A stretch of 64,000 bases of DNA from an uncultured Candidatus Saccharibacteria bacterium (lineage in GTDB: Bacteria; Patescibacteriota; Saccharimonadia; Saccharimonadales; JAGPDM01). The position numbers and the translations under genes were made by a program. Shown piece after piece: positions 40,402 to 50,046 of the stretch (the first letter of the stretch is position 1; the number at the start of each line of letters is the position of its first letter). A model generated the notes under the pieces. The model saw nothing but the letters and a program-made list of their open reading frames with translations. It was not told where the DNA came from and made no database searches. The stretch lies in the NCBI GenBank assembly GCA_964622235.1, contig CAZUNB010000001.1, forward strand, positions 9,360-73,359. The letters run 5' to 3'.

Positions 40402-40979
40402 TGAATGATCCATTTTCCCACAAAAGCTTTACTGTTCGCCGTAAGTTTTGGCAGTTTCTAGGTGCCACTATTCATATCCGTAGTTTTGACGGACAACTGA
40501 TTGGCAACGCCAAGCTCAAAGCGTTTAAGCTACGCGAGGCTATCACCTTGTTCGCCGACGATGCTCGGACTATCCCACTGCTAAGTATAAAGGCGCGAAC
40601 TATTCTCGATTTTGGCACAGTTTATGATGTTTTAGATCTTGATAATAAACGAATTGGTAGCCTAAAACGACAGGGATGGAAAAGTATAGTATCTGACCAA
40701 TGGCAAATTTGGGATGCAGACGAGCAAGTTATTGGAGAAATCAATGAAGATAACGTTGCACTCGCACTAGTACGACGGTTTTTAACTAACCTTATACCGC
40801 AAAAATTTACTCTTACGGATAAGTCTGGAAAAGTGTATGGAAATGTTTCACAACGATTCAACCCCCTTATCGTTGAGCTAGATGTAAAGCTCGAATCAGA
40901 AATCGAGACTGGAATAGACCCTCGCTTAACCATGGTCGCAACACTAATGCTTGCCGCTATAGAAGGCAGACAGGGCTAA
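40401..40979 (+). CDS. LURP-one/scramblase-like protein
   Basis: K.FKLRE.I, IKAR.I.DF...YDV, IG.L.R.G.KS...D.W, DPRL motifs. Confidence 0.7.
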   Translation: MNDPFSHKSFTVRRKFWQFLGATIHIRSFDGQLIGNAKLKAFKLREAITLFADDARTIPLLSIKARTILDFGTVYDVLDLDNKRIGSLKRQGWKSIVSDQWQIWDADEQVIGEINEDNVALALVRRFLTNLIPQKFTLTDKSGKVYGNVSQRFNPLIVELDVKLESEIETGIDPRLTMVATLMLAAIEGRQG

Positions 40980-41019
40980 AGCCCTAGTTTATTATTAAAA
41001 AATTCATTTTTCTAACCTA

Positions 41020-41332
41020 TTACTTTGCACCAGCAAAGCAGTACAAAGCTCTCTCTCACCCTCAAAAGCTACTGCCCGATGCAGCAGTCGATTTGCAGGC
41101 TTTTGGGTCTGGGCATAAGAAAACCAAAGCCTGGGTGTGAATGTAAAATAAACAATCTCAGGATAGGTGTGTTTGAGTGAGTGGAGCGAACGAGTTCGCC
41201 TATCCATTGTTTATCTTTACAATGAGCACGCCAAGCGACGTGACAGCCCAGCACTTTGCTCAACCTTGGTGACAAAGTTGAATGGGGTAAAAAAGGAATA
41301 TAGTGCTTTGTTACTTTTGACAGCAAAAGTAA
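41020..41332. mobile_element. MITE/REP-like structured element with imperfect terminal inverted repeats
   Basis: TTACTTTGC..CAAAGCAGTACAAAGC (41020-41049) versus reverse complement of 41305-41332; each end is itself a hairpin; lies between convergent genes. Confidence 0.5.
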
Positions 41333-41340
41333 GGGAAGAT

Positions 41341-41592
41341 TTATTTTTTGAAAATAGCTTTATAGATAGCAATAACGATTACTGCGCCAACCGTAGCAAC
41401 CATAAGGCTGTAGAGGTTGAAGCCAGTTACCGGTGTGCCTCCAAAGAAGTTGAAAACTGCGCCACCAACGACTGCACCTAGGACACCAGCGATAATATTA
41501 CCGATTATTCCTTGTGATTCGTTTGTTTTTGCGATCATCGAAGCTATCCAGCCTGCGATTCCACCTAGAATTATTGTTGCTAAAATGCCCAT
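41341..41592 (-). CDS. GlsB/YeaQ/YmgE (transglycosylase-associated) membrane protein
   Basis: IILGGIAGWIAS.I......G...NII.GV.GA.VGG, SLMVATVGAVI. Confidence 0.9.
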   Translation of the reverse strand: MGILATIILGGIAGWIASMIAKTNESQGIIGNIIAGVLGAVVGGAVFNFFGGTPVTGFNLYSLMVATVGAVIVIAIYKAIFKK

Positions 41593-41748
41593 AAAAAAAC
41601 TCCTTTTATTAGTTAGGATGTATTTTTATTATACACGATTAAAATATTTGTCTATTGAATTTATATATGTTTATGTTATAATATAATTATAAGTATCGAG
41701 AATGAACTTAATTTTGATAGTAGTGACAGTAGATTTTGTTCGTTACAA

Positions 41749-42051
41749 ATGCCTATAGACATGGCACTAAAAAGAAACCCTCCTATTAGCGAAGAAGTTG
41801 TTGTTGATGCGGATATAACTGTAGAAGGGGAAAATTTTTCCGCCTACTTTGTAAACTTAAACGAACTAGGCTGTTCCGAGTTAAAAGGATCTCAAGAGAC
41901 GCTGGCAATTGACTCCTCGCCACAAGATGGTGGAAGAATGTGTATTGTTATCGAAACCCCTAAAGTAAGCGGCATTGATACGACTTTCAAGGAAATAGAT
42001 GCGAAAAAAGCAACAGAAATCGGTGCGTTGATACGCAACTTCAAGATATAA
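41749..42051 (+). CDS. Hypothetical protein
   Basis: 100-aa ORF after an AT-rich promoter-like region. Confidence 0.5.
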   Translation: MPIDMALKRNPPISEEVVVDADITVEGENFSAYFVNLNELGCSELKGSQETLAIDSSPQDGGRMCIVIETPKVSGIDTTFKEIDAKKATEIGALIRNFKI

Positions 42052-42070
42052 CAACTAACACCGAGATTTT

Positions 42071-42946
42071 TTATTTTGATTCAAGTCTTTTTTTGCTGAA
42101 TGCAATGAACACTATTGATAAAAATGCTAATCCAGCACTAGCTAGGTAGAGATGAGCAATGTTTGAACCAGTGGCTGGTAGCTGGGCGGAGGTTGGAGCG
42201 TTTCCCTCTGGTGCAGAAGAAGTAGTTTGGCTAGCAGATGCTTGACTAGCACAGCCAGCATCATCGTAAGTTAGCTCGGCAGTTTCGATTGTTGTTTGGG
42301 CGGTTGTGGTTTGACCACCAATCCATTGTTGAATGTAAATTCCAATGTCGTCCTGATTGTAGCCCGTAATATCCCAAGTTGCGTCAAGTCGACCTGCGTA
42401 GCCAAGACTGGCTGGGAAAAAATTAACACCATCACCTAAACCACGATCAACAGTAGCAAATGATGATTGGCCAAAGGCCACTGGAAGCCAAGTGTTTCCA
42501 TCCTCGCCAGTGGCAATCGTATAGTTATTAAGTAAAACCAAATCATTTGTGTTGTATAGACCCAGAAAAACACCTCCAACTGCTGCTTCATTTTGAGCTA
42601 TTGTGTTTGTTGTTAGCCGAATATTTTGTATTTGTGCTCCAGTGCAAAGAGAGGAGAGGTCGGCCCTCCAGCTATATCCAGCAGGAGGTTCAGCTGAGCT
42701 ACGGTCATCTAGATTTGTCGCTATATTGTTAGACGGATCTGTGATTACCACGCCAAGTTCAGAGACCAATTGCGAGCTTTCATCTGCAATGTGGATATCG
42801 TCATTGGCGGTAGTCGTATTAAGCTGAAGAGTCTGAGTAGCTGCCGAAACATTGATACCGCTTATACTGAAAATCAATAAAATACTTACAAACACTACAC
42901 CGCTAAGTTGTTTGATTCTTGTTGTTGAATGGTTTTCCACGCCCAT
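42071..42946 (-). CDS. Secreted surface protein with LPATG sorting signal
   Basis: Signal peptide (VSA), S/T/A-rich linker, LPATG + TM + KKRLESK. Confidence 0.8.
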   Translation of the reverse strand: MGVENHSTTRIKQLSGVVFVSILLIFSISGINVSAATQTLQLNTTTANDDIHIADESSQLVSELGVVITDPSNNIATNLDDRSSAEPPAGYSWRADLSSLCTGAQIQNIRLTTNTIAQNEAAVGGVFLGLYNTNDLVLLNNYTIATGEDGNTWLPVAFGQSSFATVDRGLGDGVNFFPASLGYAGRLDATWDITGYNQDDIGIYIQQWIGGQTTTAQTTIETAELTYDDAGCASQASASQTTSSAPEGNAPTSAQLPATGSNIAHLYLASAGLAFLSIVFIAFSKKRLESK

Positions 42947-43033
42947 ATAGATGACCTCACTTATTAATATAATTAATTTGCAAAAATCATAACATATGAT
43001 GACGCTTAAGGCAATGTATTAAAGTAGATAAAA

Positions 43034-43060
43034 CTAGCACTTGCATGGTGAGAGTGCCAA
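43034..43060 (+). promoter_or_regulatory. CIRCE element (HrcA operator) 1, overlapping the -35 of the groESL promoter
   Basis: CTAGCACTT-N9-GAGTGCCAA; TTGCAT(43041)-17 bp-TATGAT(43064). Confidence 0.85.
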
Positions 43061-43084
43061 TGCTATGATTTTAAGTACCAATAA

Positions 43085-43111
43085 TTAGCAAACAAAGGAG
43101 GAGAGTGCCAA
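43085..43111 (+). promoter_or_regulatory. CIRCE element 2, overlapping the groES ribosome-binding site
   Basis: TTAGCAAAC-aaaggagga-GAGTGCCAA, ending at the A of the ATG. Confidence 0.65.
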
Positions 43112-43374
43112 TGGCCAAAATTACACCATTGAAGGATCGCGTAGTCGCTGTTCGCGAAGTAGCGGAGAGCAAGACTAAGTCGGGGCTATATCTGCCAGAC
43201 AACGCCAAAGAATCACCAAAAACAGCGGTGATAGAGTCTGTCGGTAAAGAAGTGAAGTCAGTTAAAAAAGGCGAGAAAATCGTCTTTAAAGAATACACTG
43301 CAACTGAACTCAAAATCGACGGAACTGAATATCTTGTCATTAAAGAAGAGGATATTTTAGCTACGGTTGCGTAG
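43111..43374 (+). CDS. groES: Co-chaperonin GroES
   Basis: ITPLKDRVV, KTKSGLYLPD.AKE.P, EEDILA; SD AAGGAGG. Confidence 0.97.
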   Translation: MAKITPLKDRVVAVREVAESKTKSGLYLPDNAKESPKTAVIESVGKEVKSVKKGEKIVFKEYTATELKIDGTEYLVIKEEDILATVA

Positions 43375-43401
43375 TTAAAATTTATAGAAAGGAAATTATT
43401 T

Positions 43402-45039
43402 ATGGCTAAAAAAATGTTTTACGATGACGAAGCTCGACGACGAGTTTTGGCTGGAGCACAGAAACTGTATGATGCAGTAAAAGTAACGATGGGACCAAAA
43501 GGTCGCAACGTTGTAATCAGCAAAAGCTTCGGCAACCCAACCGTTACACACGATGGTGTTACCGTCGCTAAAGCGGTTGATCTTCCCGAAGACAATGATG
43601 AAAACCTTGGTGAAAAGGTTGGCGCAGAGCTAATCAAGCAAGCTGCGAGCAAGATGAACGACGTCGCCGGTGATGGTACAACTACTGTTACTGTTCTGAC
43701 TTACCACATCCTAGCTGAAGCTAACCGTCTTATCGCGGCTGGCCATAACCCAATGGATCTCCGTAAGGGTGTTGAAAAAGCTGGACAAGAAGCCCTCGAA
43801 GCTCTTTCAAGTATGCGCGTCGATATCGCCGCTAAAGCAGACAAGGTTGCTCAAGTTGCAACAATTAGTGCAGGTGACGAAGAAATTGGGGAAATGATTG
43901 CTGATGTTATCGGCAAAGTTGGCAAAGATGGTGTTGTTACTGTCGAAGAGGGCCAAAGTCTTGGCTTAGAGAGTGAAGTTGTTGAAGGTTTCAATATGGA
44001 CCGTGGATTTGTCAGCCCCTACATGGTTACCGACAGCGCTCGCATGGAAGCAAGCTACGATAAGCCAGCAATTCTCGTTACAACTCAAAAAGTCAGTAGC
44101 ATCCAAGAATTCCTACCACTACTTGAGAAACTAGCTCAATCTGGCAAAAAAGATCTCGTGATTATCGCTGAAGATATCGATGGTGAAGCACTCGCGACAC
44201 TAGTGTTAAACAAGCTGAAAGGTACGTTCAACACTCTCGCACTGAAGGCTCCAGCTTTCGGTGATCGTCGAAAAGCTATTCTCGAAGACATTGCTATCCT
44301 AACCGGTGCAACTGTTATCGACGAAGAGCGCGGCTACACCTTCGAAAATGCTGAGCTCGATATGCTCGGGTCAGCTCGAAGAGTGATTGCCGACAAAGAT
44401 CAGACAACTATCATCGAAGGCGCCGGAAGTGCAGCTGATGTGGCTTCACGAATTGATCAAATTCGTACTCACATCGACAATGCTACTAGCGAATATGACA
44501 AAGAGAACCTAGAGAAACGACAAGCTGCCCTTAGTGGTAAAGTCGCCGTTATTAAAGTCGGCGGCGCAACTGAAACTGAAATCGAAGAGAAGAAATTCCG
44601 AGTCGATGACGCAGTTGCTGCTACAAAGGCTGCTCTCGACGAAGGTATCGTCCCAGGTGGTGGCATCACACTGATTAACATCGCCAACAAGATCAGTGAT
44701 GAAAACAGTGCTGGGTATCAGCTGCTTAAGAACGCACTGGTCCAACCGTTTAAACACCTGATGGCAAATGCTGGGCTTAACCCAGACGAGAAGCTACCTC
44801 AGGTTCGTAGCGCTGCTAAAGCCGGACAAGGCTTCAACGTTAACAGCCCTGAAGAATTGGTCGACATGATCAAAGCTGGAGTCATTGACCCAGCTCGTGT
44901 GACCAAAGAAGTTATTCAGAATGCAGTTTCGATAGCTGCAACTGCTATGACAATGGGCGGCCTTGTGGTCGAAATCCCAGAAGCTGAAGCTCCAATGCCA
45001 GGTGGTGGTATGGGCGGCGGCATGCCTGGAATGATGTAG
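43402..45039 (+). CDS. groEL: Chaperonin GroEL
   Basis: [31 protein letters not shown] tail. Confidence 0.98.
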   Translation: MAKKMFYDDEARRRVLAGAQKLYDAVKVTMGPKGRNVVISKSFGNPTVTHDGVTVAKAVDLPEDNDENLGEKVGAELIKQAASKMNDVAGDGTTTVTVLTYHILAEANRLIAAGHNPMDLRKGVEKAGQEALEALSSMRVDIAAKADKVAQVATISAGDEEIGEMIADVIGKVGKDGVVTVEEGQSLGLESEVVEGFNMDRGFVSPYMVTDSARMEASYDKPAILVTTQKVSSIQEFLPLLEKLAQSGKKDLVIIAEDIDGEALATLVLNKLKGTFNTLALKAPAFGDRRKAILEDIAILTGATVIDEERGYTFENAELDMLGSARRVIADKDQTTIIEGAGSAADVASRIDQIRTHIDNATSEYDKENLEKRQAALSGKVAVIKVGGATETEIEEKKFRVDDAVAATKAALDEGIVPGGGITLINIANKISDENSAGYQLLKNALVQPFKHLMANAGLNPDEKLPQVRSAAKAGQGFNVNSPEELVDMIKAGVIDPARVTKEVIQNAVSIAATAMTMGGLVVEIPEAEAPMPGGGMGGGMPGMM

Positions 45040-45046
45040 TTTATAA

Positions 45047-45073
45047 GGGGAGAGAACAACTCCCTCTCCCCTT
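45047..45073 (+). terminator. Hairpin after groEL
   Basis: AGGGGAGAG...CTCTCCCCTT inverted repeat. Confidence 0.6.
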
Positions 45074-45108
45074 AATTAGTTACACTCAGAGCCCTTCTCA
45101 AATAAGGC

Positions 45109-45142
45109 CAAACAGACCAGCAAGCAATTGCTGGTCTGTTTG
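45109..45142. terminator. 15-bp perfect hairpin
   Basis: CAAACAGACCAGCAA-gcaa-TTGCTGGTCTGTTTG. Confidence 0.6.
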
Positions 45143-45231
45143 TATATGTGGCAGATTTTGTCTGTTATTTTAAAAATAGATGAGTAGTTTTCTCATTGTC
45201 CGCTTTTTGGACTGCCCATCTGTCAAACTAT

Positions 45232-45266
45232 AAAAAAGATGCCTGGGTTACTCAGACATCTTTTTT
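45232..45266. terminator. Bidirectional rho-independent terminator
   Basis: AAAAAAGATG..CATCTTTTTT stem with A/T tails on both sides, between convergent genes. Confidence 0.7.
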
Positions 45267-45343
45267 GTTATTACCTCACCATATTCAAAAGTCTTTTTAC
45301 GAAAAATATGGTTTGGAACTGTGATACGTGCATCTTTTAAGTA

Positions 45344-46043
45344 TTATTTTATCGATACGGTGTAGTCGGTACCATTACGACTAAAACTTACTACCCAAGT
45401 TCCCTGGTCGTAAAGTTCTTTGCTTACTTCAAAAACTTTTGCACCCTGTACTTTGATTCCTGGGTTTAGATCACTCAAAATTTTATCGTTCGGGTCAATC
45501 TCCGTTGAGTAGGTACTAGATGCATCTATGTCAGAATCATATTTAACATCGTTTTTTTGTATCAACCAGGTTAAAGGTTGTTGTAGAAAATGAGCTTATC
45601 GGTTCCTTGCTAGTATTTTTAAGCGAATACTTCACGGCAACGAAGACACCGCCATCAGCAGGAGTTTTTTCAACGTACTGTCCGCCCACAACTGTCTTTT
45701 CCTCTACTGAGTCAATGGTTACTTCTAGCCCGTCTGCATCTATTGCTTCACCAAGGCCAAACTTTTTACTTTCTTCGACCTTTGTCGTTGGAGTTTTATT
45801 TAGCTCTTTATTCACTGCATCACCAGCTGCAAACAAGCCACCAAGGAGCATCAATACAGTCAAAATCCCTAGTATTGAAATAATCATGGCAGTTATAGCC
45901 AGTCCTTTACTTTGTTTTTTACTTAAAGCAACTATACTGAGTATGAATCCAACTGGCGCAAACAAAAATGCAAAAACTAGCGCTAAGACTGCAATAGTAT
46001 TACTACCTGACTGCTGTTTATCGTTACTAATATTATTTTCCAT
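45344..46043 (-). pseudogene. Membrane-anchored DUF4190/DUF4352-like protein split by a frameshift in an A7 run
   Basis: ORF 45543-46043 (IA.LALVFAF..PVG.ILS..AL; FVAVKYSLKN) continues in ORF 45344-45565 (DLNPG.KVQG..VFEV) if one A is removed at 45552-45558. Confidence 0.72.
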
Positions 46044-46227
46044 ATAAAACTCCTCATTTTAATACTGCTTAAACTTAACTATAATACCAACAAACCACTA
46101 TGCCTCCATAAGGATAAATCTCTTAATTATCAACGATATTAACTTACACAAAGAAATCAGTTTGTTTTTTTATGATTTTTTTTCTATACTAGCCCCATAA
46201 GCACAAGCATAAAAGGGTGGAAACTAT

Positions 46228-46740
46228 ATGGCAAATGAACAGAATACTAATGAACCGTTGATTCAGGCCCCGGCTGGTATGGCACCACCGCCGGCACAAT
46301 CTCCTTTGAACACAACACCAAGCATTATAAAAAAACCTGAGAACGCACGAGCAGGATCAGTCACGGATAACAATAATGTAGCAACCCCTCCACGACCTAC
46401 CTTTAACCCACCAAAGAACGACACTACTACTGTTACCGTAAACACCAATACTCCTAATAGCGTGGCTAGTTCTGGTGGTGATGACAATGGTGGCTTAGCT
46501 AATCTTCGAGAACAAGCACTTGAGCAGCTCCGTCCACTCCTCGATGAAGCTACTCTCGATGCAACTGAGAAGTTTGACATCTACATGCGCCTAATTCACA
46601 CCTCAAACGACTCAGGTCTACTGGCTAAAGCTCACGAAGTTGCCGCCCAAATTGAAGATAATGATGAGCGCGCTAGAGCCTTGTTTGACGTGGTAACCGA
46701 AATTGATTTCCAGTTGCACGACCAAAACCAACCTGAGTAA
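46228..46740 (+). CDS. Hypothetical protein
   Basis: P/N/T-rich N-terminus; helical C-terminus (AL.QLRPLL...EKFD...ARAL.D.V.EIDF). Confidence 0.72.
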   Translation: MANEQNTNEPLIQAPAGMAPPPAQSPLNTTPSIIKKPENARAGSVTDNNNVATPPRPTFNPPKNDTTTVTVNTNTPNSVASSGGDDNGGLANLREQALEQLRPLLDEATLDATEKFDIYMRLIHTSNDSGLLAKAHEVAAQIEDNDERARALFDVVTEIDFQLHDQNQPE

Positions 46741-46771
46741 GCCTATAATTTAATCAAGCTTATATTGGTGA

Positions 46772-48277
46772 TTATATGTTTTTAGCTAGTTCTTTACCAA
46801 GCTCAACACCAAACTGATCGAAACTATTTATATTCCACAGTGCTCCAAGGCAGAAAATTTTGTGTTCATATAAGGCAACAATACTGCCAAGAATCTTTGG
46901 TGTAAGCTTGTCGGCTGTAATTGTTGTGCTCGGCCGGTCTCCTGAAATCTCACGAAACACCGCTAAACTATCTTCGCTCAAAGCCTCAAGTGGTCGACCA
47001 ATCGTCAGTGCTTCAGCTTGAGCCTTCATATTTGCTAATAAGAGTTTATGCTGCGACTGGTTAGCCGACGTGCTCTGCTCAAAACCAATAAAATCAACTG
47101 GGACCACCGTTGTTCCTTGATGTAGGAGCTGTATAAATGAATGTTGCGCGTCAGTCCCTGCCGCACCCCACAAGACGGGCGCAGTATCGTAGTCAACAGC
47201 ATGGCCGTCACGGCTAACGTGCTTGCCATTACTCTCCATACTCAGCTGCTGCAGATATGAGGGTAGTAGTTTTAGTTCATAGCTGTATGGCAAGACTGCT
47301 TCGGTTTGTAGTCCTTGGACGTTTCGATACAGGATTGATAACATCGACAAAAGCAGGGGAGCATTCAAATTGTCTGGAGAAGTTGAGAAGTGCTCGTCCA
47401 TCTCGTGAGCACCGGCAAGCATTTCAGAGAAGTTTTCCACACCGATAGCAAGCATAACGGATAGTCCAATCGAGCTCATCAGACTAAAGCGGCCGCCCAC
47501 CCAATCCCAGAATCCGAAGATGTTCTCCCCGGGGATACCGAAGTCTTTTGCAGTGATTACGTTCGTGGTGACCGCTACAAAGTGCTGTGCAAGGCTAGCC
47601 TCAACACCAAGGCTATCTCTAACCCAGGCTTGGGCTAGACTAGCATTAGTCATTGTTTCTTGAGTAGTAAAGGTTTTGCTAGCGACAACAAACAGTGTCG
47701 AAAGAGGGCTGAGTGGCTTAACTACATTTTCAAATTCAGTTGGATCTACATTGCTAATAAAATGGACGTTAATGCCCTTCTGACGATAAGCTGACAGTGC
47801 TTGCACTGCCATACGAGGACCGAGGTCTGAACCGCCAATACCAATGTTTACAATATCAGTAATTCTCTCCCCGTTGCTGCCAGTGAAGCTCCTGTCATGT
47901 ACGGTCCTCACAAACTGTTTCATTTTCTCGAGTTCAGCTTGAATTAAAGGAGCAATATTTTCACCATTTACAAATATTGGTTTTTCGGCAGGTGAGCGTA
48001 GTGCAGTATGCAATACAGCGCGATCCTCGGTGTTATTAATCACATCACCTTTAAAAAGGTTATCCCTCAATTCTGAAAACCGGCTCTTATCAACAAGATC
48101 GAGCAATTGGCTATAGGTATTTAGATCTAGCCAGCTATGACGAGCATCCACGATTAGCCCAGCAGCATTGATCGTCAACTGATTGTTCCTGTCGACATCC
48201 CTTATGAGTTCAACAATTGGTCTATGCGAGGAATCGATAGCTGAAATTCTTTGACCGATAGCAGTTTTGTTTTCCAT
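46772..48277 (-). CDS. pgi: Glucose-6-phosphate isomerase
   Basis: INNTEDRAVLHTALR, GIGGSDLGP, ASKTFTTQET, WVGGRFS, QQLSMESNGK, SFDQFGVELGK; start set at 48277. Confidence 0.97.
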   Translation of the reverse strand: MENKTAIGQRISAIDSSHRPIVELIRDVDRNNQLTINAAGLIVDARHSWLDLNTYSQLLDLVDKSRFSELRDNLFKGDVINNTEDRAVLHTALRSPAEKPIFVNGENIAPLIQAELEKMKQFVRTVHDRSFTGSNGERITDIVNIGIGGSDLGPRMAVQALSAYRQKGINVHFISNVDPTEFENVVKPLSPLSTLFVVASKTFTTQETMTNASLAQAWVRDSLGVEASLAQHFVAVTTNVITAKDFGIPGENIFGFWDWVGGRFSLMSSIGLSVMLAIGVENFSEMLAGAHEMDEHFSTSPDNLNAPLLLSMLSILYRNVQGLQTEAVLPYSYELKLLPSYLQQLSMESNGKHVSRDGHAVDYDTAPVLWGAAGTDAQHSFIQLLHQGTTVVPVDFIGFEQSTSANQSQHKLLLANMKAQAEALTIGRPLEALSEDSLAVFREISGDRPSTTITADKLTPKILGSIVALYEHKIFCLGALWNINSFDQFGVELGKELAKNI

Positions 48278-48324
48278 ACTACTAACGCTATCATAGTAGG
48301 AGACTAAATGGGAGCAGCAACAAC

Positions 48325-48795
48325 ATGACAGATGAAGAAACAAAGATATATGAAGACCTACGAGCGCAAATTAATGTATCAGATTTTAGTACTCAGAGTT
48401 ATGTTAGAAAAGTTGAGAAACCTTGGGGATATGAGCTACATTTCCTGCCCGACAATCTTCCATATATGGGGAAAATGCATCATATCTACGCCGGCAAACG
48501 ACTTAGTCTACAGGCGCATGACCAAAAGCAGGAATCATATATATTACTCGATGGTGACGGTTGGGTCTTACTAGAAGATTCAGACGGCAAAATGCAGAAA
48601 GTAAAACTATTAAAAAATGAAGGAATAACCACTTTACTCGGACAAAAGCATCGTTTGTTCGCCGGTGAAAGCGATGCGAATATTATCGAATTTTCATCGC
48701 AAGAAATCGGAAATACCTTCCGACTGGAGGACGATTACGGTCGTGAGACCGAGACCGAGCAAGCACGAGCTGAGCGGAACGATTCAGCCAAGTAA
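48325..48795 (+). CDS. Cupin, mannose-6-phosphate isomerase type II-like
   Basis: VEKPWGYE, RLSLQAH..K.E, KHRL, RLEDDYGR. Confidence 0.85.
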   Translation: MTDEETKIYEDLRAQINVSDFSTQSYVRKVEKPWGYELHFLPDNLPYMGKMHHIYAGKRLSLQAHDQKQESYILLDGDGWVLLEDSDGKMQKVKLLKNEGITTLLGQKHRLFAGESDANIIEFSSQEIGNTFRLEDDYGRETETEQARAERNDSAK

Positions 48796-48804
48796 ACAAT
48801 TAGC

Positions 48805-50046
48805 TTACTTTCCTTCGAAACGAAGTGCATCGATTGGGTGCTTACGGGAGGCTTTCAAAGCCGGCCAGAGACCACTAACAACTCCTATCAACCCAGACCC
48901 AACCATGGCCGTGACCGCCACCACAATAGTTATCTTTGGCTCAATATCAAAGTAATAGCCACCAACAAAACTGACCAACCAAGCTAACCCGAGGCCGATA
49001 CCCCCGCCGACTAGACTCAAAACGACGGCTTCTATTAGAAACTGAGTCAAAATGTGGAACTCGGTTGCTCCGATAGCTTTACGAAGCCCAATCTCCTGCG
49101 TGCGCTCAGTAACGCTCAAAAGCATAACGTTCATTATCCCGATACTACCAACTACAACTGAGATCATGGCAACAAGAGCCACGAAGCCGGTTAGATAATT
49201 GAAGACACTGTTAGTTACATCTAGTATCTCGTCCTGCTTAATAACCGTAAAATCTTGTTGTCCCTTATGATTATTTTTAATAGTCGCATTGATTTTATCG
49301 CTAATCATCGCAACATCAACGCCCTCTTTGATAATTACATCGATTTCGGCTATCTGAACGTTGTCGTTGTTGAGTTTCTTAGCTTGTGGAAGTGAAATAA
49401 ATATCGCATTATTAACAGCTGCGCCCAGATCGACACCGCCGCTACCAAGTTGCTTGTCGTTCATCACGCCAGTGACAACAAATTTTTCTCCTTTAATTGT
49501 AATTGGTCGACCAATCGGGTTTTCTCCACGGAAATATTTCTGATTGACGCTCTGACCAATGGTGGCAATTTTAGCGTTTTTGTCATCGTCACTAAAGAAA
49601 CTGCCACTCTGAACTTTATGTTGCAATGCCTTTTGGTAGTCTTCTGAAGTTGCAATAATAAAGCTATTATCGACTTTCTGGTCTTTGATCTCGGCATTTC
49701 CAGTCAAAATCATAATTGGGGCAGCACCAGACACCTCTGGTAATTTTTTAATACTATCGACATCTTTTTCGCTTAAGGTCGACGCGCCATACGAGGCAAG
49801 TAGGTTGTAGCCTGCAATGTTGCCACTCTTGTCTTTCTTGACAGTTTCACCGGGACTAATGTTGACTAGCCGGCTACCGAGATCATCGACACTACCCGAG
49901 ACCGAGCGTTTAACACCTTCACCGAAGGCGACAATTGTCACGACCGAAAAAACTCCGATGATAATACCGAGCAAAGTCAATAAACTACGAGTTTTTGCCC
50001 GTGAGATCGAAAGCAGGGCGATGCGAGTATTCTCGAGGATCATCAT
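48805..50046 (-). CDS. MacB-like ABC transporter permease
   Basis: RSLLTLLGIIIGV, GIMNVMLLSVTERTQEIGLRKAIGA, PA.KAS...PIDALR. Confidence 0.93.
   Translation of the reverse strand: MMILENTRIALLSISRAKTRSLLTLLGIIIGVFSVVTIVAFGEGVKRSVSGSVDDLGSRLVNISPGETVKKDKSGNIAGYNLLASYGASTLSEKDVDSIKKLPEVSGAAPIMILTGNAEIKDQKVDNSFIIATSEDYQKALQHKVQSGSFFSDDDKNAKIATIGQSVNQKYFRGENPIGRPITIKGEKFVVTGVMNDKQLGSGGVDLGAAVNNAIFISLPQAKKLNNDNVQIAEIDVIIKEGVDVAMISDKINATIKNNHKGQQDFTVIKQDEILDVTNSVFNYLTGFVALVAMISVVVGSIGIMNVMLLSVTERTQEIGLRKAIGATEFHILTQFLIEAVVLSLVGGGIGLGLAWLVSFVGGYYFDIEPKITIVVAVTAMVGSGLIGVVSGLWPALKASRKHPIDALRFEGK

Noticed and set aside
41004-41481. Short ORFs, or RNase P/SRP/tmRNA, in the 41.0-41.3 kb gap
   Set aside because: The ORFs have no recognisable motifs, and no GAGGAAAGTCC, SRP loop or tmRNA termini were seen; treated as a repeat-like element instead.
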